Below are positions 31,974-41,181 of a stretch of 64,000 bases of DNA, piece by piece. A model generated the notes under the pieces. It was given only the letters and a program-made list of their open reading frames with translations. It did no database searches and had not been told where the DNA came from. Location of the stretch: positions 42,469 to 106,468 of the forward strand of contig LNED01000043.1 of NCBI GenBank assembly GCA_001464915.1, read 5' to 3'. A program made the translations under genes and the position numbers. Each line of letters opens with the position of its first letter. The first letter of the stretch is position 1. The stretch comes from Sphingomonadales bacterium Ga0077531. Lineage in GTDB: Bacteria; Pseudomonadota; Alphaproteobacteria; Sphingomonadales; Sphingomonadaceae.

Positions 31974-34154
31974 ATGATCCATAAATCCGCCATGCTCGGC
32001 GTCAGCCTTGCTGTGCTTGCCTTTGCCGCCGCGCCTGCGCTTGCCAATGATGATGCCGCTGCGCACGATTCCGGCATCGAGCTGCTGCTTGAAGACAGCG
32101 CCGAAATGCCCGCCCCCGCGCTGCCAACGATGAGCTTTGGCGCATGGGGCGTTGATCCCGCGCTGCTATCGAGCGCGGTGAAGCCGGGCGATGATTTCAA
32201 CGCTTACGTCAATCAGCCGTGGATCGATGCCAACCCGCTGCCGTCCGAATTCAGCCGCTTGGGCGCGTTCACGCTGCTCGGCGAAAAGAGCACCAGCGAC
32301 GTCAAGGCGCTGATGGATGATCTGCTCGCCAAGCCTGCCGCCAGCCTGAGCGCGGATGAGACGCGGATCGTCACCGCTTACAACTCCTACCTCGATACCG
32401 CCGCCATCGAAGCGGCGGGCCTTGCGCCTGCGCGCCCGCATCTCAACCGGATCTTCGCCGCGACCTCGCTGGATGCGCTGGCGACCCTTTGGGCCGAACC
32501 CGGCTATGCCAGCCCGGTCAGCGGCGGCGTTGGCGTTGATGCCAAGCAGCCCGATCGCCACATCGCCTCGGTTGGATTTGGCGGATTGGGCCTGCCCGAC
32601 CGTGATTATTACCTCGACGAAAGCGAAAAAGGCCGCGCCATCCAGGCGCAATACAAAGGCTACATGACCTTCCTGCTGGGTGAGGCGGGGTACGAAGACC
32701 CTGCCGCCGCAGCCGAAGCGGTCTATGCCTTTGAAGACCAGATCGCTCGCACCGTCGCATGGGATCGCACCGTGCGCCGCAACCGCGACCTGACCTATAA
32801 CCTGCTGACCGCCGATGAACTCAACGCGATTGGCGGCAAGGTACCGGTGGCCAAGATGATCGCCGCCATCGGGATTGAAAACAGCCCCGGTTTCGTCGTC
32901 AGCCTGATGCCACCGACGGCTGAGGAAATCGCAACCCTCAAGCTCGACCCGGCGACCCTCGCCAAGATCGGCACCGGGATGCCGGGCATGTTCGCGCTGC
33001 TGGGCGAAACGCCGACCGCGACTTTGCAGGCTTGGATGGCCAAGGAATTTCTCTCCAGCCATGCCGCCGTGCTACCCAAGCGGTTCGACGATGCCAGCTT
33101 CGAATTCTACGGCAAGGCGCTGCGCGGTACCCCCGAACAGCGCCCGCGTTGGAAGCGCGCGATCGGCGAATCCGAAGGCCTGCTCGGCGAATTGATCGGC
33201 AAGTCCTATGTCGCCCGCTATTTCCCCGCCGAAAACAAGGCGGCGATGGACGAGCTGGTAGTCAACCTGCGGATCGCGCTGCGCGAATCCATCGCTGAAA
33301 TCGGCTGGATGGGCGAAGAAACCAAGACGCAGGCGCGCGCCAAGCTCGACAGTTTCGATCCCAAGATCGGGTATCGTCCCAACCTCGAAACCTACGAAGG
33401 TCTGGCCATCACGGCGGGCGATCCGATTGCCAACCGCATGGCGGCGGCCAAGTGGGGGCTGGCCGACAACGTGGCGAAACTCGGCCAGCCGATTGACCGC
33501 ACCGAATGGTTCATGCTGCCGCAGACCGTGAACGCCTATTACAACTCGACCAAGAACGAGATCGTGTTCCCCGCCGCAATCCTGCAGCAGCCGTTCTTTG
33601 CGCTGAGCAACGACATCGCGGTCAATTACGGGGCGATTGGCGGCGTGATCGGCCACGAAATCGGCCACGGCTTCGACGATCAGGGGTCCAAGTCCGACGC
33701 CACCGGCGCGCTGCGAAATTGGTGGACCGATGAAGACCGCGCCGCGTTCGACACACTCGGCAACCGGCTGGTGGCGCAATATAACGCGTTCTGCCCGCTC
33801 GATAACGGCACCACCTGCGTCAATGGCCGCCTCACGCTCGGCGAAAATATCGGTGACGTTGGCGGGCTTTCGATGGCCTATCGCGCTTACAAAATCGCGA
33901 CCAAGGGCAAAGACGTGCCGGTGATCGACGGGCTGACCGGCGACCAACGCTTCTTCCTCGCCTGGGCGCAGGTGTGGCGTTCGACCCAGCGCGAAGAAAA
34001 CTACCGCAACCGTCTGCGCACCGACAGCCACAGCCCCGAAGAATACCGGGTCAACGGCGTCGTCCGCAATCTTGACGAATGGTACGAAGCGTTTGGCGTG
34101 AAGCCCGGCGACAAGCTGTACCTGCCGCCCGAAGAGCGCGTGCGCATCTGGTAA
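31974..34154 (+). CDS. M13 family zinc metallopeptidase (PepO/endothelin-converting-enzyme-like)
   Basis: ATG at 31974 gives a signal peptide. HEIGHGFD zincin motif and ENIGDVGG motif. Confidence 0.9.
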   Translation: MIHKSAMLGVSLAVLAFAAAPALANDDAAAHDSGIELLLEDSAEMPAPALPTMSFGAWGVDPALLSSAVKPGDDFNAYVNQPWIDANPLPSEFSRLGAFTLLGEKSTSDVKALMDDLLAKPAASLSADETRIVTAYNSYLDTAAIEAAGLAPARPHLNRIFAATSLDALATLWAEPGYASPVSGGVGVDAKQPDRHIASVGFGGLGLPDRDYYLDESEKGRAIQAQYKGYMTFLLGEAGYEDPAAAAEAVYAFEDQIARTVAWDRTVRRNRDLTYNLLTADELNAIGGKVPVAKMIAAIGIENSPGFVVSLMPPTAEEIATLKLDPATLAKIGTGMPGMFALLGETPTATLQAWMAKEFLSSHAAVLPKRFDDASFEFYGKALRGTPEQRPRWKRAIGESEGLLGELIGKSYVARYFPAENKAAMDELVVNLRIALRESIAEIGWMGEETKTQARAKLDSFDPKIGYRPNLETYEGLAITAGDPIANRMAAAKWGLADNVAKLGQPIDRTEWFMLPQTVNAYYNSTKNEIVFPAAILQQPFFALSNDIAVNYGAIGGVIGHEIGHGFDDQGSKSDATGALRNWWTDEDRAAFDTLGNRLVAQYNAFCPLDNGTTCVNGRLTLGENIGDVGGLSMAYRAYKIATKGKDVPVIDGLTGDQRFFLAWAQVWRSTQREENYRNRLRTDSHSPEEYRVNGVVRNLDEWYEAFGVKPGDKLYLPPEERVRIW

Positions 34155-34286
34155 GGTTTCTTGTTTGCGTGCCCGCCTCCGCGGGCACGTCCTCGGTGCT
34201 GTTTCCTTCGCTTCGCGACGGAGCACCTGCGGCTCGCGCGCGTGCGCTCGCGGCCCGTCATTCGGCGGGCCGGGTGGCATGCGCCC

Positions 34287-34320
34287 AAAAGGCCCGCCCA
34301 ATCATCCGGGCGGGCCTTTT
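34287..34320. terminator. bidirectional-looking intrinsic terminator
   Basis: AAAA-GGCCCGCCC-loop-GGGCGGGCC-TTTT. A second 9-bp hairpin lies at 34168-34189. Confidence 0.7.
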
Positions 34321-34359
34321 GGTTTGACACCACCGCGTGGCTCGCCAAAGCACGGGGCC

Positions 34360-35172
34360 ATGAGCGAAACTATCGTAGCGATCCTGCTCGGCATCCTTGA
34401 AGGGCTGACCGAGTTCCTGCCCGTATCATCGACCGGGCACCTGATCCTTGCCAGCGAGCTGTTCGGGTACGACGCGTCGCAGTGGGCGCAGTTCAACATC
34501 GTGATCCAGCTGGGCGCGATCCTTGCCGTGGTGGTGACCTATTTCCGCTACCTGTGGGGTATGTTGATGGGCCTGCTGCGGTGGGAGCCGGTGGCCGTGC
34601 GGTTCGTGCGCAATCTGCTGGTCGCGTTCATGCCTGCGGCCGTGATCGGGCTGGCGATCAAGGATCAGATCGACGTGATGCTTGAAAGCCCGATGGTGGT
34701 CGCCTGGGCGCTGCTGGTCGGCGGGATTGCGATGCTGGGGCTGGAGAAAACCGTGCGCCCCGGCGAAGATAGCGGGGTGGCCGATGTGCCGCTGGCCAAG
34801 GTGATCGGCATCGGGTTCATCCAATGCCTGGCTATGATCCCCGGCACCAGCCGTTCGGGCGCGACCATTCTGGGCGCCTTGGCGATGGGGGTCGGGCGCA
34901 AGACGGCGGCGGAATTCAGCTTCTTCCTCGCCATCCCGACCATGCTGGGGGCGGCGACGGTCAAGATCGCTTCGGAACCGGACAAGCTGCTGGCGGGCGG
35001 CGGGCTGGTGGGCTGGGGCGAGATCGCGCTGGGCCTCACTGCGGCATTCCTGACCGCAATGGTCGTGATCCGCGCCTTCGTCACCTATGTCAGCCGCTTT
35101 GGCTTTGCGCCCTTTGCCTATTACCGGATCGTGGTCGGCGGCGCGGCGATTGCCTGGCTGATAATGCGATAA
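34360..35172 (+). CDS. uppP: undecaprenyl-diphosphate phosphatase
   Basis: ATG at 34360. EFLPVSSTGHL motif; multi-TM BacA family. Confidence 0.92.
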   Translation: MSETIVAILLGILEGLTEFLPVSSTGHLILASELFGYDASQWAQFNIVIQLGAILAVVVTYFRYLWGMLMGLLRWEPVAVRFVRNLLVAFMPAAVIGLAIKDQIDVMLESPMVVAWALLVGGIAMLGLEKTVRPGEDSGVADVPLAKVIGIGFIQCLAMIPGTSRSGATILGALAMGVGRKTAAEFSFFLAIPTMLGAATVKIASEPDKLLAGGGLVGWGEIALGLTAAFLTAMVVIRAFVTYVSRFGFAPFAYYRIVVGGAAIAWLIMR

Positions 35173-35257
35173 ACTATCGCTAGGCGGAACCTCCCGCGCT
35201 GCTGCTGGTTGAGGGGGTGAACTGGGTCGTGCCGGTGGCAATGGAGAAGCTTTCGAA

Positions 35258-35521
35258 ATGGCGTTGTTGGTGCTGATTGTGTTGGGGGCGACTGCGGGCT
35301 GGCTGGCCTCAATCCTCGCGCGGACCGAAGCGCCGGGCGAGATCCTGCGTCAGTTGGTGATCGGCGTGGTGGTTTCACTGGTCGCCGGCGGGATTGCCAA
35401 TGCGGGCACCATGCTGGGCGGTTTGTCGCTGCTGGCATTGGGCGTGGCGCTGGGCTCTGCAGCGATGGCGCTGATCGTTTACCACGCGCTGCGCAGCCGC
35501 AAGGCAAGCGCCCGCGCCTGA
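35258..35521 (+). CDS. GlsB/YeaQ/YmgE family stress membrane protein
   Basis: 87 aa, three glycine-rich TM helices typical of the family. Confidence 0.8.
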   Translation: MALLVLIVLGATAGWLASILARTEAPGEILRQLVIGVVVSLVAGGIANAGTMLGGLSLLALGVALGSAAMALIVYHALRSRKASARA

Positions 35522-35612
35522 TTTTTTCAAAGGTATGGATCAATTCCCGCCAATCGCGCTTATAGCGCGACTTGGCAGACCCCCGTTTGTCATCCAAAAA
35601 TTGGAGAGCGCC

Positions 35613-35882
35613 ATGAAGTTCACTATCAAGCACACCGCTACCGTGATGATCGCAGCCCTTGGCCTTTCGGTCGCTGCCTGTGAAGGCCCGAACGAAAACG
35701 CCATGGAAGACAAGGGCGAGATGGCTGCCGAAGAAGTCGCCGACGATGCCGAAGCCATGGAAGACGCCGGCCAGATCACCGACGCGCAGGAAGATGCCAT
35801 GGTCGATAAGGCCGAAGACAAGGCCGATGCCATGGAAGCCGAAGGCGAAGCCATGGACGAAGGCAAGCCCGTCGCAGAATAA
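35613..35882 (+). CDS. small acidic repeat lipoprotein
   Basis: ATG at 35613 with GGAGAG SD. Lipobox LSVAACE. The mature part is D/E/A/M-rich with five A-M-(E/D/V) repeats. Confidence 0.6.
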   Translation: MKFTIKHTATVMIAALGLSVAACEGPNENAMEDKGEMAAEEVADDAEAMEDAGQITDAQEDAMVDKAEDKADAMEAEGEAMDEGKPVAE

Positions 35883-35924
35883 TCGTATGCGCTCATTGGC
35901 CAGCAATGGTCAAAGCGCGATCGA

Positions 35925-35958
35925 GCGGCCCGGATCCAAATCCGGGCCGCTTTTCTTT
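35925..35958 (+). terminator. intrinsic terminator
   Basis: 10-bp stem GCGGCCCGGA/TCCGGGCCGC, 6-nt loop, then TTTTCTTT. Confidence 0.75.
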
Positions 35959-35962
35959 CACG

Positions 35963-36901
35963 TCAGACCGGAACCGCCCTGCTGCCGCGCCCACCGCGCA
36001 GGTGATATTCCTGGGTCCCTCGGTGCAGCACATTATCGACATCGATCACCGCCGAATTGGCATAGGTGAAGCCCGCAGGCAGGCTGCGATACAACCGATC
36101 AAAATCGCGCTCCACCGTCTGGCGATACAGGTCAGCAAAGCTTTCGATCACGAAATAGGTCGGTTGCAGATCGCTGATCACGTAATCGGTACGCATCACC
36201 CGGTCGACGTTGAGCATGATGCGATTGGGGCTGGCAGCCTCAACCGCGAAGCGCGCTTCGGTCGGCCCTGACAGGATGCCTGCACCGTAAGCGCGCACGC
36301 CGTCCGCTTCCTCGATCAACCCGAATTCGACCGTGTACCAGTACAGCGCGCCAAGCGCCTTGAGCCGGTTGTAGCGCATCGCCTTCCACCCGGCGCGGCC
36401 ATATTCCTGCATGTAATCGGCGTAGGTCGGATCGGTCAGCATCGGCACATGGCCGAACACATCGTGGAACACGTCGGGCTCTTCGATATAATCGAACGTC
36501 TCGCGCGTGCGGATGAAATTGCCCGCAGGGAAGCGGCGGTTGGCCAGGTGCCAGAAGAACACGTGATCGGGGATCAGCATCGGCACCGGCACCACGCTCC
36601 ACCCGGTCAGCGCGCCGAGTTCTTCGGACAATACGCCAAATTCGGGGATGCCGCCGCGCCCCAAATCAAGCTTCTCCAGCCCTTGCATGAAGGTGGCGCA
36701 GGCGCGGCCCGGCAAAACCTCCATCTGGCGGGCGAACAGATCGTCCCACACACTGTGATCCTCAGCCGTGTAAGCGGTTTGCGCCGGTTCGAGCCAATCC
36801 GCCCCGACATGCGCGGGCTTGGCAAGCGGCGCAGTAAAGACATCGCCCGCCATTTCGGGCAGGATCGCGTAATCGGGGGTAAGGTCGGTGATCGTGGTCA
36901 T
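35963..36901 (-). CDS. phhA: phenylalanine 4-hydroxylase
   Basis: Aromatic amino acid hydroxylase catalytic core with iron ligands HDVFGHVPML. ATG at 36901. Confidence 0.9.
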   Translation of the reverse strand: MTTITDLTPDYAILPEMAGDVFTAPLAKPAHVGADWLEPAQTAYTAEDHSVWDDLFARQMEVLPGRACATFMQGLEKLDLGRGGIPEFGVLSEELGALTGWSVVPVPMLIPDHVFFWHLANRRFPAGNFIRTRETFDYIEEPDVFHDVFGHVPMLTDPTYADYMQEYGRAGWKAMRYNRLKALGALYWYTVEFGLIEEADGVRAYGAGILSGPTEARFAVEAASPNRIMLNVDRVMRTDYVISDLQPTYFVIESFADLYRQTVERDFDRLYRSLPAGFTYANSAVIDVDNVLHRGTQEYHLRGGRGSRAVPV

Positions 36902-36957
36902 ATCGTTGCAAATGATACTACCACTGCCGGTCTGCAAGGACAAATGAGGAGAGAGCC

Positions 36958-37734
36958 ATGGGGATGAAGCGCAAGGATTATGACGACGCGCTCGAACCGC
37001 TGACGTTGGAACTGGTCAGCATGGCGCGCTGGGCCAAGGCTTCGGGCGCGCGGATCGTGGTGTTGTTCGAAGGGCGCGACACCGCGGGCAAGGGCGGCGC
37101 GATTGGCGCAGTGCGCGATAGCCTCAACCCGCGTCAGTGCCGCACGGTTGCCCTGTCCAAACCGACCGAGGCCGAACTGACGCAGTGGTATTTCCAGCGC
37201 TACGTCGCCCACCTGCCAAGCGCGGGGGAGATCGTGCTGTTCGACCGGTCGTGGTACAACCGTGCAGGTGTCGAAAAGGTGATGGGCTACGCTTCCGAAG
37301 CGCAGGTGGCGGCGTTCCTTGCGGCAGTGCCGGCGTTTGAAAGGCTATTGGTGGATGATGGGATATTGCTGTTCAAATACTGGCTTACGACCGATCAGGA
37401 GTGTCAGGAAGAACGGCTGCGCGAGCGGCTGGAAGACCCCCTCAAACGCTGGAAATTGTCCCCGATCGATCTCGCCGCGCGGGAGAAGTATGATGATTAT
37501 ACTGCCGCGCGTGAGGCGATGCTGGCCGCGACCCATACAGCGCATGCCCCGTGGACGCTGGTGGATTTCAACGATCAGAAGCGCGGACGGCTGACGTTGG
37601 TGCGCGACCTGCTGTCCCGCGTGCCCGATACGCATGAGGAACCGGCCGCGATTGAATTTCCGCCGCTGGAGCGCGAGCCGGCGAAGGAGGATTACGGGGT
37701 GTTGAAGCCGATTGCGGATTACCCGGTGGATTAG
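36958..37734 (+). CDS. ppk2: polyphosphate kinase 2
   Basis: 258 aa. FEGRDTAGKGG Walker-A-like motif and the FDRSWYNR lid region. Confidence 0.9.
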   Translation: MGMKRKDYDDALEPLTLELVSMARWAKASGARIVVLFEGRDTAGKGGAIGAVRDSLNPRQCRTVALSKPTEAELTQWYFQRYVAHLPSAGEIVLFDRSWYNRAGVEKVMGYASEAQVAAFLAAVPAFERLLVDDGILLFKYWLTTDQECQEERLRERLEDPLKRWKLSPIDLAAREKYDDYTAAREAMLAATHTAHAPWTLVDFNDQKRGRLTLVRDLLSRVPDTHEEPAAIEFPPLEREPAKEDYGVLKPIADYPVD

Positions 37735-38579
37735 AGAGCCGCGCTCGCCGCCGTCACCTGCCGCCCATCATCGGCAAACGCCGCCAGTTCATACCCCGCC
37801 TCAGCCTTGCGCATCACCAGATGCAGCGGATCGCCCGCAATGGCGGGGGAGAGGCCGCGGAAGGCGAAGCTGCGCAGGCGGTTTGCGCCCAGTTCCTGCC
37901 CGGCGAATTGCAGCAGCAGGCTGGCGATCAGCGGGCCATGCACCACCAGCCCACGATACCGCTCGACGGCTTGCGCATAAGGTGCGTCATAATGAATGCG
38001 GTGGGTGTTGAAGGTCAGCGCCGAATAGCGGAACAGCAGCGCGGGTGAGGGTGTAAGGCTGCGATGCGCGTCCCACCCGGCGGGATCGAACTTGGCCTCA
38101 CCAAGTGGCGGCGGTGCCAAATCCTGGGCCTCGCTTGCCGCCTCCCGGTAGACGATAGACTGGGTCTCGATCACCGCCAGGCTGCCGTTGGCGAATGTTT
38201 CATGTGAAACATCGACGAAGGCGAGCGGGCCGGTGCTGCCCTGTTTCTCAGTGATCGCCGCCACCCGGCTGGTGCGCTGAATCACCGCGCCAATCGCAAT
38301 CGGCATACGGAAGTCGATCTTCGAAGAAGCCCACATCCGGCGCGGCATGGCGAAGGGCGGCAGGAAACTATCGGCGCTGTTATCGCGCGCCGGATGCCCA
38401 TCCCCGCCCAGCGCGGCAGTGGGCGCTTGCGGGGTGCAGAGCGCGAAATGCACCCCCTGCGGCATGATCGCCGGATGCGGGCGCGGCAGGTCAAACGTCG
38501 CCAGCCAGCGCGCCGCCAGCCCTTCGTCGAGCCGATCCTTGGCGCTTTGTTCGCGCCCGATCCACGCGCCGAAATTCAT
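37731..38579 (-). CDS. HTD2/MaoC-like hot-dog hydratase (itaconyl-/mesaconyl-CoA hydratase-like)
   Basis: ATG at 38579. LFRYSALTFNTHRIHYD is typical of this double hot-dog family. Confidence 0.7.
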   Translation of the reverse strand: MNFGAWIGREQSAKDRLDEGLAARWLATFDLPRPHPAIMPQGVHFALCTPQAPTAALGGDGHPARDNSADSFLPPFAMPRRMWASSKIDFRMPIAIGAVIQRTSRVAAITEKQGSTGPLAFVDVSHETFANGSLAVIETQSIVYREAASEAQDLAPPPLGEAKFDPAGWDAHRSLTPSPALLFRYSALTFNTHRIHYDAPYAQAVERYRGLVVHGPLIASLLLQFAGQELGANRLRSFAFRGLSPAIAGDPLHLVMRKAEAGYELAAFADDGRQVTAASAAL

Positions 38580-38590
38580 GCCGTTTCCTG

Positions 38591-39817
38591 TCACTGGGCC
38601 AGCTCGAACACCGCAGCGATGCCCTGACCGCCGCCGATGCACATCGTCTCAAGACCATAGCGCACGCCGCGCCGGTGCATTTCGTGCGCCATGTCGGCGA
38701 GGATGCGGCCTCCGGTGGCGCCGATGGGGTGGCCCAGCGAAATGCCCGATCCGTTGACGTTGAGCATGTCGCGGCGGCTGTCGTCCTCGCTCCAGCCCCA
38801 ACCCTTCAGGCAAGCGAGCGCCTGGGGGGCGAAAGCCTCGTTGAGTTCGACCAGCCCGATGTCGTCCCAGCTATACCCGCGCCGCGCGAATAGCCGCTCC
38901 ACCGCCGGCACCGGGCCGATGCCCATGCGCGAAGGATCGCAGCCTGCCGCCGCCCAGCCGCCGAACCACAGCATCGGGGTGAGGCCGAGTTCTTCGAGCT
39001 TGTCCTCTGCCACCACCAGACACGCCGATGCCGCGTCATTCTGCTGACTGGCATTTCCGGCGGTGACGATGGCGTCGGGGTCGCGTTTCAAGTCGATGGG
39101 GGCGAGTTTGCCAAGCGTTTCCAGCGTCGCATCAGTGCGGTAGCCTTCGTCGTGGTCGAACACGATGGGGTCGCCCTTCCGCTGCGGGATTGCGACCGGC
39201 ACGAGTTGTTCGGTGAACTTCCCATCGGCCCAAGCGCGCGCCGCGTTCTGGTGCGACCGCACCGCGAAGGCATCCGCCGCCTCGCGCGAAATGCCGTAAT
39301 CCTTGGCGAGATTCTCGGCGGTCTCGATCATCCCGGTGATCACGCCAAAGCGTTCGACCGGCTGGCTCATCACCCGGCCGCGGCTGAGGCGGTCGTGCAG
39401 CACCATATCGCCCATCCGCACGCCCCCGCGCGCGGCCAGCGTGTAGTGTTCGACGTTCGACATCGATTCTACCCCGCCAGCAACCACGACATCGGCCATG
39501 CCCGTCTCGATCATCATTGCCGCCGTCGCCACCGCTTGCACGCCCGATCCGCAGCGGCGGTCGAGCTGAAATCCCGGCACTTCCAGCGGCAATCCCGCCG
39601 CCAGCCATGCCCAGTGGCCAATCGCAGGCGCCTCACCATTACCGTAGCCTTGGCTGAACACCACGTCATCGACCCGCGAAGGATCGATGCCGCTGCGCTC
39701 CATCAGCGCCTTTAGGATGACCGCGCCCAATTGGCCCGCGTTCATGCTGGAAAGCCCGCCGAGGAACTTGCCCACCGGGGTGCGCAGCGGGGTGCAGATG
39801 GCGGCTCTTCTGGTCAT
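38591..39817 (-). CDS. thiolase family acetyl-CoA acetyltransferase
   Basis: 408 aa. Active-site Cys region DRRCGSGVQAV and C-terminal CIGGGQG. Confidence 0.9.
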   Translation of the reverse strand: MTRRAAICTPLRTPVGKFLGGLSSMNAGQLGAVILKALMERSGIDPSRVDDVVFSQGYGNGEAPAIGHWAWLAAGLPLEVPGFQLDRRCGSGVQAVATAAMMIETGMADVVVAGGVESMSNVEHYTLAARGGVRMGDMVLHDRLSRGRVMSQPVERFGVITGMIETAENLAKDYGISREAADAFAVRSHQNAARAWADGKFTEQLVPVAIPQRKGDPIVFDHDEGYRTDATLETLGKLAPIDLKRDPDAIVTAGNASQQNDAASACLVVAEDKLEELGLTPMLWFGGWAAAGCDPSRMGIGPVPAVERLFARRGYSWDDIGLVELNEAFAPQALACLKGWGWSEDDSRRDMLNVNGSGISLGHPIGATGGRILADMAHEMHRRGVRYGLETMCIGGGQGIAAVFELAQ

Positions 39818-41046
39818 GTTCTGTCCTTGTCTGAAAGGGCCACCGTCCCGGCATCGACCAGCTTGCCGATGGCTCCGGACGACAGCCCCAGCTTTTGGCT
39901 GAGCACCTCTTCGGAATGCTGGCCAAGGTAGGGCGCAGGCGCAGGATCACCCGCAGTCTGCCCTGCAAGGTTCGCAAATGAACGGGTGGCGGGGTAATCA
40001 AAGCCCGAGGGATTGGCGGGCGCGGGGCCGAACAGCGGATTGTCCGCCACCAGCACCGGATCATTCGCGGCTTCATAAGCGGTGCGGTAACGCTCGAAGG
40101 TGCAGCCTTCCACCGCCATGCGTGCCGCGAGATCGGCGTAATCAAACCCGTCCGCTGCGCTCTGGAACAGCGCAAACAGCGCCGCGCGATGCTGGAACCG
40201 GGGGGTGTCCCCATCGGCGAACTGCACGCCGACTTCGGCCTCCAACGCGGCAATGCCGTCCTGCAATCCAAACGCCTTGATCAGCCCGCTCCACTGCTTG
40301 GGCGTGAGCGCGGCGACCATGAAACGCACCCCGTCACGGCTGCGGAAATCGCGCCCGAACGCGCCCCAGATCGCATTGCCAAGCCGTTCGCGGTCGCCGC
40401 CGCGATACAGAACCTCGGCCAGCAACCCGGCATTGGCCATTGTGCCAATCGCGACATCGCCCAGCGGCACACGCACCTCGTTGCCCTCCCCCGTGCGATC
40501 CCGGTGGCGCAGCGCGGCGAGCATGGCGAAGGCGCAATAGGCTCCGGTTATGAAGTCCCACGCGGGCAGCACTTGGTTGACCGGCGGCGCGGTTTGCGCG
40601 TCCCAATCTTCAGGCCCGGTCATCAGCGGGTATCCGGCGGCGGCGTTGACGGTGAAGTCCATCGCCTGACGCCCATCGTGCCAGCCCATGATGCGCAAGG
40701 ACACCATGTCGGCGCGCTTGGCCGCCATCGCGGCGTGCCCGAGGAAGCTTTGTTCAGGCAGGTTGGTGATCAGCTGCCCGGTTGTGGCCGCCAGCTCGAC
40801 GCATAATTCGCGTCCCGAACCCGATTGCAGGTCAAGCGCCACGGACTTCTTCGCGCGGTTGAGGTTCTCCCAGCTGAGCGAGCGCCCCTCGGCGGTGAGC
40901 ATATAGCGGTTGTAGTCCAGCCCGCCCGCTGTGTGGTCCACGCGGATCACTTCCGCCCCCATCTGCGCGCAATAGAGCCCTGCGGTGGGCGAGGCGACGA
41001 AGCTGGAGACTTCGATGATGCTCAAATCATTGAGGAGGTTATACAT
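39814..41046 (-). CDS. family III CoA-transferase (CaiB/BaiF)
   Basis: 410 aa. The N-terminus LSIIEVSSFVASPTAGLYCAQMGAEVIRV is typical of the family. Confidence 0.9.
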   Translation of the reverse strand: MYNLLNDLSIIEVSSFVASPTAGLYCAQMGAEVIRVDHTAGGLDYNRYMLTAEGRSLSWENLNRAKKSVALDLQSGSGRELCVELAATTGQLITNLPEQSFLGHAAMAAKRADMVSLRIMGWHDGRQAMDFTVNAAAGYPLMTGPEDWDAQTAPPVNQVLPAWDFITGAYCAFAMLAALRHRDRTGEGNEVRVPLGDVAIGTMANAGLLAEVLYRGGDRERLGNAIWGAFGRDFRSRDGVRFMVAALTPKQWSGLIKAFGLQDGIAALEAEVGVQFADGDTPRFQHRAALFALFQSAADGFDYADLAARMAVEGCTFERYRTAYEAANDPVLVADNPLFGPAPANPSGFDYPATRSFANLAGQTAGDPAPAPYLGQHSEEVLSQKLGLSSGAIGKLVDAGTVALSDKDRT

Positions 41047-41181
41047 CTGATCAGAAGCCTGTCGTGATGGTCACACCAGACGGCTCGCCTGCGAGCCGCA
41101 AGAGCGACTGCCCGCCCGCAGTGACGCGACCGCAAGGTCGCATGAGCGAGGATTTCGCCCGCCGGATGGCGTGCGGGAAAA

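Noticed and set aside
34165-34359. 65-codon N-terminal extension of uppP in the track ORF
   Set aside because: It spans the terminator hairpins of the upstream gene. The conserved UppP N-terminus starts at the ATG at 34360.
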